From the NCBI GenBank assembly GCA_965217775.1, contig CBDCJH010000002.1, forward strand, positions 5,056,001 to 5,120,000: DNA of 64,000 nt, in the 5' to 3' direction. The notes under the pieces are model-generated. The model was not told the DNA's origin. It saw only the letters and a list, made by a program, of their open reading frames with translations, and made no database searches. The translations under genes and the position numbers were made by a program. This DNA is from Acidobacteriota bacterium. GTDB lineage: Bacteria; Acidobacteriota; UBA6911; RPQK01; JAJDTT01. Shown in pieces: positions 16,345-26,033 of the stretch. Positions within the stretch are counted from its first letter, which is position 1. Each line of letters begins with the position of its first letter.

Positions 16345-17271
16345 ATGGTGCAGAAAAAGCGGGGAAAGGTGGAGCCGGCTCCCCCTCCCGGAAAGCTCAA
16401 GTCGCTCCTCAACCAAGTCCAGGCCGTCCTTGATCCCTACATCGGATCCTTCGTTGTCAAGGGTAAGGACGATGTCAAGGCGATCCGGCAATACAAGGGG
16501 AGTCGACTCTGGAAGTCGGTCTTTCGTCACAAGCTGGACGACACCCCCCGCAACCGTTCCCTGGCGGTTCTGACCAACGTCTTTCTGCATCTGCATCCGG
16601 CCAAGATCAACCGGGACGCCGTCCGCTTTCGTTTCACCTGGGGCATGGGCGGACTCTCCTTCTACCTCTTTCTGGTCCTGACCATCACCGGCATCTTCCT
16701 CATGTTCTACTACCACCCGACCAAGGGTCAGGCCTACGCGGACATCATGTTCCTGCACAACGACGTCCCCTTCGGCGGCCTGCTGCGCAACATGCACCGC
16801 TGGGCCGCCCATCTGATGATCCTGACGGTGTGGCTCCACATGTTCCGGGTGTTTCTGACCGGCTCGTACAAGTCGCCGAGGGAGTTCAACTGGACCGTCG
16901 GCGTGATCTGCCTGGTCTTGACCCTGCTCCTCTCCTTCACCGGCTACCTGTTGCCGGACGATCAACTGGGTTTCTGGGCGGTCACGGTGGGGACCAACAT
17001 GGCCCGCGCCACGCCCCTGCTGGGCCACGAGGGCCCCTTCGGTCCCGAGTTGGGGATCACGGCCTACAACGACGTGAGGTTTGCCTTGCTGGGTGGGTCC
17101 ATCGTGGATGCCAACGCCCTGTTGCGGGCCTACATCTGGCATTGCATCGCCATCCCCTTCTTGCTGGTGGCATTTTTGGCCGTCCATTTCTGGCGGGTGC
17201 GAAAGGACGGAAGCATCTCCGGTCCGGCGCCGGTCATGCTGGAATCGGAGATCAAGCGCGTCAGGAGATGA
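16345..17271 (+). CDS. petB: Cytochrome b, b6-like N-terminal half
   Basis: RNMHRWAAH...LHMFRVF, SFTGYLLP, and H-x14-H in the last helix. Confidence 0.92.
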   Translation: MVQKKRGKVEPAPPPGKLKSLLNQVQAVLDPYIGSFVVKGKDDVKAIRQYKGSRLWKSVFRHKLDDTPRNRSLAVLTNVFLHLHPAKINRDAVRFRFTWGMGGLSFYLFLVLTITGIFLMFYYHPTKGQAYADIMFLHNDVPFGGLLRNMHRWAAHLMILTVWLHMFRVFLTGSYKSPREFNWTVGVICLVLTLLLSFTGYLLPDDQLGFWAVTVGTNMARATPLLGHEGPFGPELGITAYNDVRFALLGGSIVDANALLRAYIWHCIAIPFLLVAFLAVHFWRVRKDGSISGPAPVMLESEIKRVRR

Positions 17272-17330
17272 GCTCTCCTACAGGCAGACCCTGTTGCGGG
17301 CTGCCTGCCGGGTGAAGCGAGGACATTGAC

Positions 17331-18266
17331 ATGGATTGGTATCAGCTCTGGGCGATCGTCTCCCTGCCCGACAACATTCCCATTGTGGCCATGATCGTGC
17401 TGGTCCCCTTCTTCTGCTGGTACGCGTTCCGGCAGGCGCTGGCCACCGACCGGTTGATCGTGCAGTTGGAGGCCGACCCCAAGGCGGCCCGGGGCCACTA
17501 CCGGAAGATCGAGCCGTTTCGGAAAGGTTGGGAGCGGAAGCTCCACGTCTGGCCCTATCTGTTGAGGGTGGAATTGCTGGCCACCGTGATCGTCACGGTG
17601 ATTCTGATGGTCTGGTCCATCACCCTCAACGCCCCTTTGGAGGAGCCGGCCAATCCCAACCTGACCATGAATCCGTCCAAGGCCCCATGGTATTTCCTGG
17701 GCCTGCAGGAGATGCTGGTCTATTTCGATCCCTGGATCGCCGGGGTCCTGATGCCGACGCTCATCATCATCGGGCTGATGGCCATCCCCTACATCGACAC
17801 CAACCCTCTGGGGAACGGCTACTACACCTTCCGCCAGAGGAAATTCGCCATCCTGGCCTTCTGTTTCGGTTTTCTGGTCCTCTGGAGCGTCATGATCGTC
17901 ATCGGGACCTTCATCCGCGGGCCGGGGTGGATGTGGTTCTGGCCCGGGGCGACCTGGGACCATCACCGTCTGGTCTTTGAGACCAACCGGGACCTGCATG
18001 AGTTGCTGGGCATCACCCAGCAGCCATTCGTGGCGATCGTGGGCGCCGTCGCCGTCGGCCTCTATCTGGCGGTTTTCGGCTTCCTCCTCCACAAGTTGAT
18101 CCTGTCCAAAGAATTCAATCGGAAGATCTACGCCAGGATGACCCTGATCCAGTACATCCTCCTCCAGTCCCTGCTGCTGATCATGGTGGCGCTGCCGGTC
18201 AAGATCATTCTCCGGCTGGTATTTCGCATAAAATATGTCTGGGTGACCCCATGGTTCAACGTTTGA
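17331..18266 (+). CDS. petD: Cytochrome b subunit IV-like (C-terminal half)
   Basis: APLEEPANP and KAPWYFLGLQE (PEWY equivalent); multiple TM segments. Confidence 0.85.
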   Translation: MDWYQLWAIVSLPDNIPIVAMIVLVPFFCWYAFRQALATDRLIVQLEADPKAARGHYRKIEPFRKGWERKLHVWPYLLRVELLATVIVTVILMVWSITLNAPLEEPANPNLTMNPSKAPWYFLGLQEMLVYFDPWIAGVLMPTLIIIGLMAIPYIDTNPLGNGYYTFRQRKFAILAFCFGFLVLWSVMIVIGTFIRGPGWMWFWPGATWDHHRLVFETNRDLHELLGITQQPFVAIVGAVAVGLYLAVFGFLLHKLILSKEFNRKIYARMTLIQYILLQSLLLIMVALPVKIILRLVFRIKYVWVTPWFNV

Positions 18267-21200
18267 TCGCGCTGCTCCGGCGTCCATTTTCCCGGCGAGG
18301 GTCCCGCGGACCCTTCTGGGAACGGTCGGTACCGGAAAAAGATCCCATCGTCAATTCCTCGCTGGCCGTTCCCATGGCGGTGAGTTCCCTGCTGCTGATG
18401 GCGACGCTCATCTGGGCCTTCTACGAAGAAGGCTGGGGCCTCAGGCCGTGGAGGGCCCACCAGGACGAGTTCGTCGGGCGCTATTCCACGTTTTTGAGAG
18501 GCCTCAAGCCGCAGCAGGCGAGTCAGGAAGAGGAGATCAAGGCTTCGGAAGGGTACCAGGACCTGCTGCGGCAGCAACAGGAAGCGGAAGGCGCCGTCGG
18601 TCCCCGACTGGTAGAGATCGCGGCTGAGGAAGAAGCCATCGACGGCCAGCTCCGCGCCATCGAAAAGACCTTCACCACGGCCCGGAGCGAGATTCAGGCC
18701 ACCATCTACCTGATCGAGACCACGTCCGGCTCAGCCAGAAAAGGTTACGAAGAAGACCGCGGGCAGTTGGAGCAGAGACCGTTCGAGGTCCTGCTTCCCG
18801 GAGATGGTGCCCCTCAGGAGCTGAACTACCTCGAGTTGGAGGAGGTGTTCAATTCCCTGAAAGAGCGGCAAGGACGGGTTCGGGCCCGGAAAGCGGCGGT
18901 GCTGCAGCGGCCGAGCCAGGTCCGGCGGGAAATTCAGACCTACGTGGCCAACCGCATGGAAGGGCTCACGGCCGGCCAGGTTCAGGGCGTGATCAATTCG
19001 CTGGACGACTTCGAGTACGGGATCCATCAGATCCACAATGGAGACATGGGCCTGGTGGACCGGTGCGAGACGTGTCACCTGGGGATCACCGAGCCGGTTA
19101 CGATCCGGGCCGCCGACATGGGCGGAATCGAACTCTTCGCCAGCCATCCCCGGAAGGAGTTGTTGCAGGTTCACGATACGGAAGTGTACGGCTGCTCACC
19201 CTGCCACAACGGCAACGGAATCGGAACCGTGAGTGCCGTGACGGGCCACGGACGATACAAGCACTGGCTCTGGCCGCTCTACGCACCCGAGAACATGGAG
19301 GCCGGCTGCCTGCGGTGCCACGGCGATGCCGCCAGGTTGGACATGGCCCCGGTGTTGAGCGCGGGCCGCGAGCAGTTCCGCTGGCGCGGTTGTTGGGGCT
19401 GTCATCCCAGACAGGGGTTTGACCAGGAACGGCTGGCGTTGCGGATCCACCAAAAAGACGTTTCGACCCTGGAGGCCGAAAATGAGGCCGTCCGACTACT
19501 GATCGAGAGGACGGTGGCCCGGGCCGACGAGGCCGAAACCAACGAGGAGGCGAACCGGCTCTACGCGGAGGCCGACCGTCTCACGCTCTCCGTGGCCGAC
19601 CTGGACACCCGGGCCGACCGGGAGCGGGTACGGGGCCGGCAGCTGCTCGAAGAGGTCAAGACCCCCGGCCCGAATCTCAAGGAGGTTCGGGTCAAGTTGC
19701 GGCGTGACTGGCTGCCGGGATGGATCGAGAATCCCCACACCTTTCGGCCCACCACCAAGATGCCCCGGTTTCGCCTGGAAGAGGATCAGGCCCAGGCGAT
19801 TGCAGCTTTCGTCTGGCAGTCCGGCGTCAACGGAGATCCGGAGACTCAGGTCCAAGGTGATCCGGAACGGGGCAAGGTCCTGTTCGAGACCCGGGGGTGC
19901 ATGGCCTGTCACGCCATCGGCGAAGGCGATGAGGCGGTCGGGGGGACCTTCGCGGCCAATCTGAGCCGTGTGGGCGACAAGGTGCACTATGACTATCTGG
20001 TGCGCTGGATCCGGAATCCGCGGGAACGGACCCTCCCCTATTGTCCGGTCCACCAGCGGGACATCACTCCCGCGGACTATGCGTCCGCCGGGAAGCCGTT
20101 CCGTTTCGACCTCCAGAACAACGAATGTCCCTTGGGCAACCACATTCTCCAGGTGCAGAATCCCACGGTCATGCCCAACCTGCGTCTTTCCTTGGAAGAG
20201 AGCCGCAACATTGCGACCTACCTGAAGAGCCAAGCTCCGGGAGCCGAATATGCTGCCGCGGCGTGGCTGGAGGATTCGGAACTGGCGCCCAAGGGGCGCG
20301 CCATGATCCGCCACTTCGGCTGTGCCGGCTGCCACGAGATCGCGACCTTGGAGGAGGAAGGCAAGATCGGGACCGATCTCACGGAAGAGGGGAGCAAACC
20401 GCTGGAGCGTCTCGACTTTGCGCTGCTCACCCAGACCGCCAAGCGGGAGGGTTGGTACAACCACAAGGGATTCTTCGAGCGGAAGCTGGAGAATCCGGCT
20501 GTCTACGACGACGGTAAGATCAAGGAGCCGCTGGAGCGTCTCCGAATGCCCAACTTCGGTCTGGACCCGGAGGAAATCACCCAGCTCGCCACCTACCTGT
20601 TGGGAAGCGCGACGCCGGAGGACCGGGTTCCGGAGCGTTATCACTACCGGCCGCGGGATCAGAGGAGCCACATCCAAGAGGGCTGGGACATCATCCTCAA
20701 GTACAACTGCATGGGTTGCCACCAGGTGGCGCCGGGACAGCAGCCCGTGGTCAAGGGCCTGCCTCTTTACCAACAAGAGGATTGGCGGGAGCAGCTGCCT
20801 CCCCCATTGGTCGGGGAGGGCGCCAGAGTCAACCTCAACTGGTTGACCCGTTTCCTGAAGAACCCGGCTCTGGACGAGGAGCGGCCGCACCGCAACGGCG
20901 TCCGGCCCTATCTCCGGATCCGGATGCCCACCTTCACCCTTTCCGATGGGGAAGTGGAGAAGCTGGTGCGTTTCTTCGGGGCGCTGGCCCAGCAGCCGTT
21001 GCCCTATCTGCCCAAGATCCTGGATCCGCTATCGCAGCGGGAGTTGACCATGGCCCGCCAGCTCTTCACTCACCCGGCGGCGCCCTGCCTGCGGTGTCAC
21101 GCGACCGGCGACCCGCAGCATGACCGCAATGCGACGGCGCCCAGCTTCGAGCTGGTGAGTGAACGCCTGCAGCCGGACTGGACTCGGCGCTGGATGGTCC

Positions 21201-21388
21201 ATCCGGAGATCATACAGCCGGGGACCTCCATGCCCTCGGGATTGTTCGAGCGCGAGGAGAACCGCTGGATCTTCGCTCTGGCGGACCTCCCCATCATGAA
21301 GGACTACGAGAAGGACCACGCCGACCTTGTGCTACGATACATGTTCCAGTTCACGCAACAGGAACAGCGTCGGCTCAGAGGTCGATGA
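18251..21388 (+). CDS. Membrane-anchored octaheme c-type cytochrome
   Basis: Eight CxxCH motifs (CETCH, CSPCH, CLRCH, CWGCH, CMACH, CAGCH, CMGCH, CLRCH), N-terminal TM, coiled-coil segments, and distal Met motifs (KMP, VMP, RMP, RMP, SMP). Start uncertain (18251 or 18263). Confidence 0.9.
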   Translation: MVQRLIALLRRPFSRRGSRGPFWERSVPEKDPIVNSSLAVPMAVSSLLLMATLIWAFYEEGWGLRPWRAHQDEFVGRYSTFLRGLKPQQASQEEEIKASEGYQDLLRQQQEAEGAVGPRLVEIAAEEEAIDGQLRAIEKTFTTARSEIQATIYLIETTSGSARKGYEEDRGQLEQRPFEVLLPGDGAPQELNYLELEEVFNSLKERQGRVRARKAAVLQRPSQVRREIQTYVANRMEGLTAGQVQGVINSLDDFEYGIHQIHNGDMGLVDRCETCHLGITEPVTIRAADMGGIELFASHPRKELLQVHDTEVYGCSPCHNGNGIGTVSAVTGHGRYKHWLWPLYAPENMEAGCLRCHGDAARLDMAPVLSAGREQFRWRGCWGCHPRQGFDQERLALRIHQKDVSTLEAENEAVRLLIERTVARADEAETNEEANRLYAEADRLTLSVADLDTRADRERVRGRQLLEEVKTPGPNLKEVRVKLRRDWLPGWIENPHTFRPTTKMPRFRLEEDQAQAIAAFVWQSGVNGDPETQVQGDPERGKVLFETRGCMACHAIGEGDEAVGGTFAANLSRVGDKVHYDYLVRWIRNPRERTLPYCPVHQRDITPADYASAGKPFRFDLQNNECPLGNHILQVQNPTVMPNLRLSLEESRNIATYLKSQAPGAEYAAAAWLEDSELAPKGRAMIRHFGCAGCHEIATLEEEGKIGTDLTEEGSKPLERLDFALLTQTAKREGWYNHKGFFERKLENPAVYDDGKIKEPLERLRMPNFGLDPEEITQLATYLLGSATPEDRVPERYHYRPRDQRSHIQEGWDIILKYNCMGCHQVAPGQQPVVKGLPLYQQEDWREQLPPPLVGEGARVNLNWLTRFLKNPALDEERPHRNGVRPYLRIRMPTFTLSDGEVEKLVRFFGALAQQPLPYLPKILDPLSQRELTMARQLFTHPAAPCLRCHATGDPQHDRNATAPSFELVSERLQPDWTRRWMVHPEIIQPGTSMPSGLFEREENRWIFALADLPIMKDYEKDHADLVLRYMFQFTQQEQRRLRGR

Positions 21389-21474
21389 TCCACGGTGGCC
21401 CGTGACATGGGAGTCACGGACCGCAATGCTTAGACCGCCCGTTCGGGATAAACAATCTTCCGGGAGAGAAGACC

Positions 21475-22251
21475 ATGGAGAGAGCAAAGTTCATTTTCAC
21501 ACTTGTGGTGGCCGGATTGCTGGCGGCGTCATGCGGCGGCGGGGACGCGGAGCCCGCAGCCGACGAGGCGCCGGCTCCGGCGGCAGACATGAAACCGGCT
21601 CCCGACCTGTCTCAAGCCGGTTCGGTGGCGGGCAAAGTCAGCTTCGGCGGCAGTGTGCCGAAAAACGCCCGCATTCGCATGGATGCCGATCCGGTCTGCG
21701 TCAAGGAGCATTCGGGCATCGTGCGGAGTCAGGACATCCTGATCGGCGATGACGGCGCCTTGATCAACACCTTCGTCTGGGTCAAGACCGGCCTCGAGCA
21801 GTACGGCTTCGAGACGCCCGCCGAGCCGGTCAACCTGGACCAGAAGGGTTGCATCTACACGCCTCACGTCTTCGGAATACAGACCCGGCAGAAGCTCCAC
21901 GTCCTCAACAGCGACGGAACCACGCACAACGTTCATCCCCTGCCCAGGAACAACCGGGAGTGGAACCAGTCGCAGCGGGCCAAGGGCAAGCCTCTCATCC
22001 GGTCTTTCCCCCGCGCCGAGGTCATGATTCCGGTCAAGTGCAACGTGCACCCCTGGATGAAGAGCTATATCGGCGTCGTGCCTCATCCCTACTACGCCGT
22101 GACGGGAACCGACGGAGCCTTCGAGATCAAGAACCTCCCGCCGGGCGACTATGTCATTGAGGCTTGGCACGAGAAGTTCGGAGTCCAGGAACAGCAGGTG
22201 ACGGTCCAGGCCAGCGAGGCCAAGGAAGTCAGCTTCGAGTTTTCCGGCTGA
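21475..22251 (+). CDS. Lipoprotein with carboxypeptidase-regulatory-like and cupredoxin-like domains
   Basis: Lipobox LAASC; LDQKGC, HNVH, CNVHPWM and LPPGDYVIEAWHE. Confidence 0.8.
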   Translation: MERAKFIFTLVVAGLLAASCGGGDAEPAADEAPAPAADMKPAPDLSQAGSVAGKVSFGGSVPKNARIRMDADPVCVKEHSGIVRSQDILIGDDGALINTFVWVKTGLEQYGFETPAEPVNLDQKGCIYTPHVFGIQTRQKLHVLNSDGTTHNVHPLPRNNREWNQSQRAKGKPLIRSFPRAEVMIPVKCNVHPWMKSYIGVVPHPYYAVTGTDGAFEIKNLPPGDYVIEAWHEKFGVQEQQVTVQASEAKEVSFEFSG

Positions 22252-22265
22252 TCCGCATTCTTCGA

Positions 22266-22360
22266 GGAGCGGCGGTATCCTTGCCGCCGAACGCCAGAGT
22301 CACAGTCACGTGACGCGGGACCGGGAGAAGGAGAGAGGGGGACAAGAATGCCCCCCTCCC
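22266..22360. repeat. GGAG-type REP pair
   Basis: GGAGCGGCGGTATCCTTGCCGCCG and the inverted GGGGGACAAGAATGCCCCCCTCCC; related sequences at about 778-803, 9716-9736 and 47938-48110. Confidence 0.65.
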
Positions 22361-22391
22361 AACAGGCCGTATCTCACAAGGCAATTCCAGC

Positions 22392-23333
22392 GTGGGACCT
22401 CAGAGTCTGCATACGGTACACAGGTTTGCGGTGGCGGCCACCGTGGCCACCTTCGTTCTGTTGGTGGCGGGAGCGTTGGTCACGAGCAACGATGCCGGCC
22501 TTTCGGTCCCGGACTGGCCCCTCTCCCACGGGAGTCTCATGCCCGAGATGGTGGGGGGTGTCTTCTATGAGCATTCCCACCGCTTGATCGCGGGGACGGT
22601 GGCGATTCTGACCTTGATACTGGCCATCTGGCTGGGCCGGGTGGAGTCGCGGCCCCGAGTCCGGCGTCTGGGCTGGACTGCCGTGGGGATGGTCTTGGCC
22701 CAAGCTCTGCTGGGCGGCCTCGCCGTACTGCTCTACCTGCCCGTCGCCATATCGGTCCTGCACGCGTGTCTCGCGCAACTGTTCTTCTGCACCGTGGCGG
22801 TCATCGCTCTGGTTACGTCCCCGGCCTGGAGGAACCGCAGCCTTTCCCGCTTTTGTCCCGGGGAAGACCGGAAAGAGGCTATCTTTTGCGGGTTGGCCAC
22901 GGGGGCCGTCTACCTCCAGTTGATTCTGGGTGCTCTGGTCCGGCACACGGGGACCGCCGAGGGCAGCAAGGGAGTCACTCTGGTGACGCACCCGCTCCTG
23001 GCCCACCTGGGCGGCGCCGTCGTGGCGGGAGGCCTGCTCCTGATGGCGGCGGCCAAGGTGCTCAGGAGTCCGAGCCTCAGGGGGTTCTCGGGCGGGGCGT
23101 ACGCCGTCGTTTTTCTGGTGTTGCTTCAGTTTCTGTTGGGTTTTGGTGCATTATGGGCGCGCGTCGTGAGAATGGGAGCAGCGCAGCCGTTCCCGTTGGG
23201 TGTCCTTCTCACTACTTCGCACTTGGCGTTGGGGGCAATTCTGCTGGCAACGGCGCTGCTGCTCACCCTGCAGATCTCTTTTTCGAACGCCGGCGCTGCC
23301 GCGGAGACGACTGCCGCGCCGGCGAGCCGTTGA
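22392..23333 (+). CDS. ctaA: Heme A synthase (COX15/CtaA)
   Basis: AGLSVPDWP, FYEHSHR and further conserved His residues; 8 TM segments. Confidence 0.88.
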   Translation: MGPQSLHTVHRFAVAATVATFVLLVAGALVTSNDAGLSVPDWPLSHGSLMPEMVGGVFYEHSHRLIAGTVAILTLILAIWLGRVESRPRVRRLGWTAVGMVLAQALLGGLAVLLYLPVAISVLHACLAQLFFCTVAVIALVTSPAWRNRSLSRFCPGEDRKEAIFCGLATGAVYLQLILGALVRHTGTAEGSKGVTLVTHPLLAHLGGAVVAGGLLLMAAAKVLRSPSLRGFSGGAYAVVFLVLLQFLLGFGALWARVVRMGAAQPFPLGVLLTTSHLALGAILLATALLLTLQISFSNAGAAAETTAAPASR

Positions 23334-23389
23334 ATGAGGGTCGGCGCCCCGGCCCAACCTGACGGCGTCCGTTACCGGAGTTGGACCGC

Positions 23390-24232
23390 ATGTTGGCTTA
23401 TCTGGAGTTGACCAAGCCGCGGGTCACGTTGATGGTGGTCCTGACGGCCCTGGTCAGCTTCTATCTGGCTTCCACCAGCATCGATCTCGTGCTTCTGGTC
23501 CACACCATCCTGGGGACGACCCTCCTGGCCGCCGGTTGTGCGGTCTCGAACCAGTACCTGGAGCGGGACGTGGACGCGCGAATGCAACGGACCCGAAGCA
23601 GGCCGCTGCCTTCGGGCCGGATCACGCCGGCGAAGGCTCTGCTTTTCGGAGCGGTCCTCACCTTGGGCGGAGGGCTCTATCTGGGAGCGACGGCGAACCT
23701 GCTCACCGGAGGCTTGGGATTGGCGTCCGCCGCGCTCTACCTTTTCGGCTACACACCCTTCAAGAAAAAGTCGCCCCTCTGCACCACCATCGGCGCCTTC
23801 CCGGGTGCGGCTCCCGTGCTCCTGGGCTGGGCGGGAGCCAGAGGCACGTTGGATCCGGAGGCGTGGATCCTCTTCGCCGTGCTCTTTCTCTGGCAGTATC
23901 CTCATTTTCTGGCGATCGCATGGGTCTACCGGGACGACTATCGGCGAGGAGGGTTCCGGATGTTGCCTCAGACGGACCCCGGGGGAAGGAAAACAGCGCG
24001 TCAGATCCTGATCTTCATCCTGCTGTTGGTGCCCGTCAGCCTGCTTCCAACCCAGGTGGGGCTCAGTAGCTCTCTGTACGCGGCCGGCGCCGTCGTCCTG
24101 GGGGGTGTTCTGCTCTGGTCGGGCCTCCGTGTGAGCAGGACCCGGTCCCGCGCCGCGGCTCTCCATCTGCTCAAGACCTCCGTGGTTTATCTCCCCCTCC
24201 TCATGGTCCTGATGGCGCTGGATCGGCTCTGA
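23390..24232 (+). CDS. cyoE: Protoheme IX farnesyltransferase (heme O synthase)
   Basis: LTKPRV, ERDVDARMQRTRSRPLPSG and WQYPHFLAIA. Confidence 0.95.
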   Translation: MLAYLELTKPRVTLMVVLTALVSFYLASTSIDLVLLVHTILGTTLLAAGCAVSNQYLERDVDARMQRTRSRPLPSGRITPAKALLFGAVLTLGGGLYLGATANLLTGGLGLASAALYLFGYTPFKKKSPLCTTIGAFPGAAPVLLGWAGARGTLDPEAWILFAVLFLWQYPHFLAIAWVYRDDYRRGGFRMLPQTDPGGRKTARQILIFILLLVPVSLLPTQVGLSSSLYAAGAVVLGGVLLWSGLRVSRTRSRAAALHLLKTSVVYLPLLMVLMALDRL

Positions 24233-24245
24233 GGGAAGGACGCCT

Positions 24246-25223
24246 GTGCTAACGCCTGCCTCCCAGCCCACGGGGCCCGAATCGAACGCCAAAGCCGCCG
24301 CGTCGGCAGCCTTCGTCGAGGTCCGGGACCTCGCCTTCCGTTACGGTGACCGAAAGGCCCTGGACGGGATCAGCTTTTCCCTGGACCGGCGGCGGATCCT
24401 GGGGCTGTTGGGACCCAACGGCTCCGGAAAGACCACCCTTTTCCGGATTCTCTGCACCTTGTTGCAACCCCAGGCCGGACAGGTCCGGTTGGCGGGTCTG
24501 GATCCGGAGAGGGACCCGGCCGGGGTCCGCCGCCGCATGGGTGTCGTCTTCCAGACCAACAGTCTCGACCAGGAATTGACCGTGGCCGAAAATCTGGTCT
24601 GCCAGGGCCGTTTGCATGGCCTGAAAGGGCTTCGTCTCAAGGACAGGATCGACGAATTGCTGGAACGGTTCGATCTCGGCGGCAGGCGGAACTCCCGGGT
24701 CCGAAGTCTTTCCGGCGGAATGCGGCGGCGCACTGAACTGGCCAAAGGACTGTTGCATCATCCCCAGATCCTGCTGCTGGATGAGCCCACGGCGGGGCTG
24801 GATCCCCATATCCGCCAAGAATTCTGGGAACATCTGACCGACCTTCGCGACTCGGCCGGGATCACCATCCTCTTCACGACCCATCTGATGGAAGAAGCGG
24901 AAGTCTGCGATCGCCTCGTGATCCTGGACCAGGGGCGGGTCGTGACCGAGGGGAGCCCGGTGGAGCTCAAGGAGAGGATCGGAGGCGACGTGATCGTCCT
25001 GCGTTCCCGCGACCCCAATAGTCTGAAAGCGCGAATCCAGGGGCGGTTTCAGGGTCCCGTATCGGTGGTGAACGGGGCGGTCCGGATGGAGCAGCACCGA
25101 GGCCACGAGCTGATCCGGGATCTGATGGAAGAGTTCTCGGGCGAGATCCAGGCGATCTCACTGGGCAAACCGACCCTCGAAGACGTCTTCATCCGGGAGA
25201 CGGGCCGGGAATTTCAGGTCTAG
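24246..25223 (+). CDS. ABC transporter ATP-binding protein (DrrA-like)
   Basis: GPNGSGKT, LSGGM, LLLDEPT, THLMEE and C-terminal PTLEDVF. Confidence 0.93.
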   Translation: MLTPASQPTGPESNAKAAASAAFVEVRDLAFRYGDRKALDGISFSLDRRRILGLLGPNGSGKTTLFRILCTLLQPQAGQVRLAGLDPERDPAGVRRRMGVVFQTNSLDQELTVAENLVCQGRLHGLKGLRLKDRIDELLERFDLGGRRNSRVRSLSGGMRRRTELAKGLLHHPQILLLDEPTAGLDPHIRQEFWEHLTDLRDSAGITILFTTHLMEEAEVCDRLVILDQGRVVTEGSPVELKERIGGDVIVLRSRDPNSLKARIQGRFQGPVSVVNGAVRMEQHRGHELIRDLMEEFSGEIQAISLGKPTLEDVFIRETGREFQV

Positions 25224-25702
25224 ACCGAGGCAATTTCCCGATAGCGGCCCCGGTAGAAGAGCAGAGGTTCCGCCTCGGCGTCACCGAGCCGGGCGGCCCG
25301 GACTTCCCCCACCAGGATCACGTGATCTCCCCCGGCATACTGGTGGACGGTCTCGCATTCGAACCAGGCCATGGAGCCGGTCACCACGGGAACGCCGGTC
25401 CGGCCCGGGGTATAGGGTCCCTGAGACCGGTCGGTTCCGCGGCTGGCGAAATGGTTGGATACGTCCTGCTGGCCTTTGGTCAGGATGTTCACGGCGAAGC
25501 GGCCGCTCTCCAGGAAGATGTCCAGTCCGGTGAGACCGTTGTCCAGACAGATCAGGACCAGAGGGGGATCCAGGGAAACGGAAGTGAACGAGTTGACGGT
25601 GAGGCCGTAGGGGACACCCTCGCGATCCTGGGTCGTGACCACCGTCACGCCTGTGGCGAAACAACCGGCAACATTGCGAAAAAGATCCGTGGAGACTTCC
25701 AT
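25220..25702 (-). CDS. Flavin reductase family protein
   Basis: FATGVTVVT, NSFTSVSLDPPL and GDH. Confidence 0.93.
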   Translation of the reverse strand: MEVSTDLFRNVAGCFATGVTVVTTQDREGVPYGLTVNSFTSVSLDPPLVLICLDNGLTGLDIFLESGRFAVNILTKGQQDVSNHFASRGTDRSQGPYTPGRTGVPVVTGSMAWFECETVHQYAGGDHVILVGEVRAARLGDAEAEPLLFYRGRYREIASV

Positions 25703-26033
25703 GGGTCCTCTCAGGAGCCGAGACTATACCAGTCGGGGTCTTGCGTGGCGAGAGACTCGGTGTGGCTGTGTCGGCAGCACGTGATCTGTCCGGTCCAGGA
25801 GGCCATGGGATCAAGTTGGCGATGCGCCTTGCATACTCTTGACTGTGGCGCAAACAAGGCAGGTCGTTTCCTGAGACTGTGTCCGGTTGGCGTGGAAATC
25901 CTTCGGGACGTTGACGAGTACCGGGCAGAGTTCGGTCCGAATAGAATCGATGTCGAATGGAGGTAGCGAAAAATCATGGAGAGTGGCAACATTACCGCAC
26001 CTGCTCCCGAGGCTCAGGGGAAAGACGGGTCAC

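Noticed and set aside
25711-25992. Short ORFs upstream of the three-gene cassette
   Set aside because: No RBS or family motif in any frame; may be a decayed fragment but cannot be supported.
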